A stretch of DNA of 25,215 nucleotides from Planctomycetota bacterium (GTDB lineage Bacteria; Planctomycetota; SZUA-567; H5-PLA8). Positions 22,224 to 25,215 of the stretch are shown in pieces. The stretch is from contig BTVV01000090.1 of the NCBI GenBank assembly GCA_045863855.1, forward strand, positions 1 to 25,215, in the 5' to 3' direction. The notes beneath the pieces are model-generated. The model saw only the letters and a list, made by a program, of their open reading frames with translations. It had not been told where the DNA came from and searched no databases. A program made the translations under genes and the position numbers. Within the stretch, counting starts at the first letter, position 1; every line of letters begins with the position of its first letter.

Positions 22224-25215
22224 TCAGGGCTTTTCAGGGGCTTCAGCCCCCAGTGCCTTCAGGCGCTCTTTTGCCGTCGCTGAGCGCTCGCTCTGCGGCC
22301 GCGCTTCGATCAGGCGGCGGTAATAGGCGATCGCTTGCGGCGGTTCGGCCAGTTCTTCACTGGCCTTGCCGCACAAATACAACGCCGCATCGAGCCAACT
22401 CGAATCCGGGCGGTCCAGCACCACCCGCAGCGCCAGCTTCTTCGTTTGTGCGGCTTCCCCGCTAATCAGCGCCAATTCCGCGAGACCCAGCAGAGCGCGC
22501 TCGCCCAAGTCGTCGAGTTCCGCGTCGAGGCCCTTTGCGCCCAACGCGGCCATGAAAGCGGTCTGTGCGCCGTCGAACGCGCGGAGTTGCAATCGGCACT
22601 CGCCCAGTCCGCACTGCGCCTCACGAACAAGCTCGCCTTCCGGCTTCGCTTTTAAGTACGCCTCGAACGAAACCGCCGCATCGGAGTACCGGCCTGCCTT
22701 CGCAAGTGCAGTCCCTTGAGCGGAAAGCGCCTGAGCGGCCAAGACATGCCCCGGGTGCTTTTCCTGGAGCTCTGTCCAGACCGTCAACGCCGTTTCCACC
22801 TGACCGTTCTCTGCGAGCAGGAGCGCGCGTTGATGCCGCGCTTCGGGCGCCAACGGGCCTTCCGGCGCCACACCGTACGCCTGCGCGAACGCAGCTTCGG
22901 AATCTTGGGCTTGTTTGCCCAGCTTCAACGCCCACGCCAGATTCAGCCATGCCGCCGCTTGGGCTGCCGCGGGCACGTCAGGTGCTTGCGTCGCCGCCTC
23001 CAACGCCCGGCGATAAAGCGGTACGGCCTCGGCCTGAGCCCCCGCGTCATAGCGCAGATTCGCCGCCTGAAACGCCGCTTCGAAGGCAGCCGCGCCCCGC
23101 AAGGGCAATGCCAAGAGCGCGTCGAACTGCGCGCGCGCGGCTTCCGTATCTTTCAGCTCTTTCGAGCTCAGCGCGCGCAGCAGCGCCGCATCGAGGCGAT
23201 CCTTCGGCTCGGGTGTCAGCGGCTCCGCGCCCAGGAAAGCATCCAAATCCGAACGCGCATCGGCAAAGCGCTTCGCGGCGAATCGAATGCGTGCGCGCAT
23301 CAACCGCGCCTGCCGCGCTTCCGCCGACGCCGCAAACTCTTCCGTCAGCAGCGCCCCAAGCGCGGCTTCGGCGTCCGCATTACGTTCGGGCAGTTCGGCC
23401 AGGCAAAGCGCTTTCAACAGCAGCGCCAGCGCCTTCCGCGTGCCTAGGTCTTCGCGCTTCAGCAGCGCTTCGGCATCCGCGAGCCCCTCGCCAGGACGTC
23501 CCGCTCCCAAGCGCGCCTGCGCGCGCATCAGCAGGCCGTCCGTCCGGCGTGCGGCATCCGCATACGCCGGCGTATCCAGGAGCCGGTCCAGCCACGGCAG
23601 CGCCGGTGCGTACTGCTTCTCCAATACCAACCGCTCCGCCGCTGCATGGCTCGCATCGGCCACATACGGCGAAGCCGCGTGCTTGTCGATTAGCAGCTTG
23701 AAGGCCTGCAACGCTTCTTCAGGCTGATTTTGCCCCAACAGCGCCAAACCGCGCAGATAGCAAGCCTCCGCGTCCCGCTCCGGCGTGGCAAAGGGCGCCG
23801 GCAGCGCGCCAAGTTGCTTCAGACAGCCCGCGCCATCCTTCTGCTTGAAGCGGCACCACGCCAGACGCAGCGCCGCCAAATCGGCCTCGCGCTCCTGTGG
23901 CTTTTCTTGAACTTCCTTCCGCGCCAGATACGCGGTGAGGTGTTGCTCCGCCGCGGCATAGTCTTCCATCCAGAACGCAAAGTCGGCCGCGGCGAAAAGC
24001 GCCAGCCGCAGCAACTCCACATCTTCGGGTTGATTCGCATTCAACACCTTCAGCAGCGCTTCGGCTTGGGCACGCGCGGCCGGCCAGTCTTTACGCTTGC
24101 CGGCCAACAGCGCCAGACGATACAGCGCCAACTTGCCTTGCGGCCGCTCTGCGTAAGACTTCACCAGAGCCGCATACGTTCCCGCTGCATCTTCAGGGGC
24201 CGTCTCCGCCAGTAGCAGCAGCGCGGCGGCATGTTCATCGCTCCGACGCGCCGGATCGGCCACCGCCTCGGCCTCTTTCACCGCAGCCTGTGCCGCCGCA
24301 CGCGCTTCGGGCTCGCGTTTCAGCTCGCGTAACGCTTGCGCCTTCGCCCGCGCCACCGCCGGGCGGCCCTCCCCTTTCAGCTTGGAGAGATACAGATCCG
24401 CCAGCGCCAGAGCCTCCGCATACTGATGCTCTTGCAAAGCACGGTACGCCGCTTGAGCCGCCAGGGCCGCCGTATCGTGGTGGTCCGCGAAGGCCGCCGT
24501 GAGCGCCTGTAGCGCCGCGAGCGCTTCCTTCCACTGCGCCGCATCGACGTGGATCGATGCGCGCCAATACGCCACCGCGCGCGTCTGTTCGCCTCCGCCC
24601 GGACGTTTGGCCACTCCGTCCAGCGCCGCAAAGGCTTCGGGGCGCTTGCCCAATTGCGCCAAGCTGCGCGCGACCATCAACTGACTGGCCCCGGCCTTGG
24701 GGTGTTCCGGCGTCTCGGCCGTTCGCTTGAACTGAGCCAGCGCCGCATCGTAGGCCTGGCGCTCGAAGGCAATCCAGCCCAGCCCTTCCGCCGCATCGGG
24801 CAGCAGTTTAGATTCCGGAAACAGCGTCTCCAGCCGCTTCCAATGGCCTTCGGCCACGGGACCACGCTTAAGCGCATAAGCGGACTCGCCGGCGTAATAG
24901 AGCACGTGCTCGTAAAGCTGCGGCAGCGCCGGATGGGCGCCGGGCGCGCGCGGATCGGGATGTTCCTTTAGAAATATTTCGGCTTGCGCCAAGGCCTTCT
25001 CGAAACTCTTGGCCAAGTAATGTGCCTTCACCGCACGCTGCTGCGCCTGCGCGCGGCGGTCGGATTTTGGAGTGCTAGCCAGGAATCCTTCGAACTGCGC
25101 CGCGGCCTCCGGATACTGCTGCAACTGGTAATAACTCTCGGCCAGTAACAGCCGCGCATCCGCCAAGCGCTCGGACTGCGCATGGGTCTGCAGATACCGG
25201 TTCAGCGCTTCGACG
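22224..25215 (-). CDS. Very large TPR protein (CpoB/BamD-like repeats); 5' end lies beyond the right edge
   Basis: The frame is open from the window end (VEALNRYLQTHAQSERLADAR...) to the stop at 22224, about 996 codons visible. Repeated TPR ends: FPESKLLPDA, HAASPYVADA, HPGHVLAAQA, RPDSSWLDAA, RPQSERSATA. Confidence 0.88.
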   Translation of the reverse strand, partial: VEALNRYLQTHAQSERLADARLLLAESYYQLQQYPEAAAQFEGFLASTPKSDRRAQAQQRAVKAHYLAKSFEKALAQAEIFLKEHPDPRAPGAHPALPQLYEHVLYYAGESAYALKRGPVAEGHWKRLETLFPESKLLPDAAEGLGWIAFERQAYDAALAQFKRTAETPEHPKAGASQLMVARSLAQLGKRPEAFAALDGVAKRPGGGEQTRAVAYWRASIHVDAAQWKEALAALQALTAAFADHHDTAALAAQAAYRALQEHQYAEALALADLYLSKLKGEGRPAVARAKAQALRELKREPEARAAAQAAVKEAEAVADPARRSDEHAAALLLLAETAPEDAAGTYAALVKSYAERPQGKLALYRLALLAGKRKDWPAARAQAEALLKVLNANQPEDVELLRLALFAAADFAFWMEDYAAAEQHLTAYLARKEVQEKPQEREADLAALRLAWCRFKQKDGAGCLKQLGALPAPFATPERDAEACYLRGLALLGQNQPEEALQAFKLLIDKHAASPYVADASHAAAERLVLEKQYAPALPWLDRLLDTPAYADAARRTDGLLMRAQARLGAGRPGEGLADAEALLKREDLGTRKALALLLKALCLAELPERNADAEAALGALLTEEFAASAEARQARLMRARIRFAAKRFADARSDLDAFLGAEPLTPEPKDRLDAALLRALSSKELKDTEAARAQFDALLALPLRGAAAFEAAFQAANLRYDAGAQAEAVPLYRRALEAATQAPDVPAAAQAAAWLNLAWALKLGKQAQDSEAAFAQAYGVAPEGPLAPEARHQRALLLAENGQVETALTVWTELQEKHPGHVLAAQALSAQGTALAKAGRYSDAAVSFEAYLKAKPEGELVREAQCGLGECRLQLRAFDGAQTAFMAALGAKGLDAELDDLGERALLGLAELALISGEAAQTKKLALRVVLDRPDSSWLDAALYLCGKASEELAEPPQAIAYYRRLIEARPQSERSATAKERLKALGAEAPEKP

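Noticed and set aside
22224..25215. DNA-level repeat array or CRISPR in the GC/Ala-rich right end
   Set aside because: The repetitiveness is degenerate protein-level TPR periodicity. I saw no identical spaced direct repeats here or elsewhere in the window.

Overview
GC-rich, densely coding bacterial chromosomal segment. It has about 22 protein genes (partial CDSs at both edges) and one tRNA-Thr(UGU). I see no integrase, transposase, CRISPR array or phage gene. From left to right: an autoregulated ArsR-SRPBCC module; tRNA-Thr; a WbpA-like nucleotide-sugar dehydrogenase plus a DegT aminotransferase; a membrane-anchored pilin-like/CBM/PA14-like protein; TIGR00266 (AIM24); a carbohydrate/redox block (two Gfo/Idh/MocA oxidoreductases, GH140-like DUF4038 protein, stand-alone class III nucleotidyl cyclase, His-rich alpha/alpha-toroid protein, ALDH, Zn-ADH); a ypdA-EamA-DinB-membrane protein cluster; an exported transglutaminase-like/TPR protein with an intact Cys-His-Asp triad; and a giant TPR-ExbB-ExbD operon with no TonB/TolA in view. 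Gene style suggests a Planctomycetota/PVC-like organism (inference only). The best candidates for undescribed systems are the TPR-ExbBD motor with its convergent transglutaminase-TPR gene and the atypical YpdA/DinB thiol cluster. All family calls come from motif recognition, not database searches.
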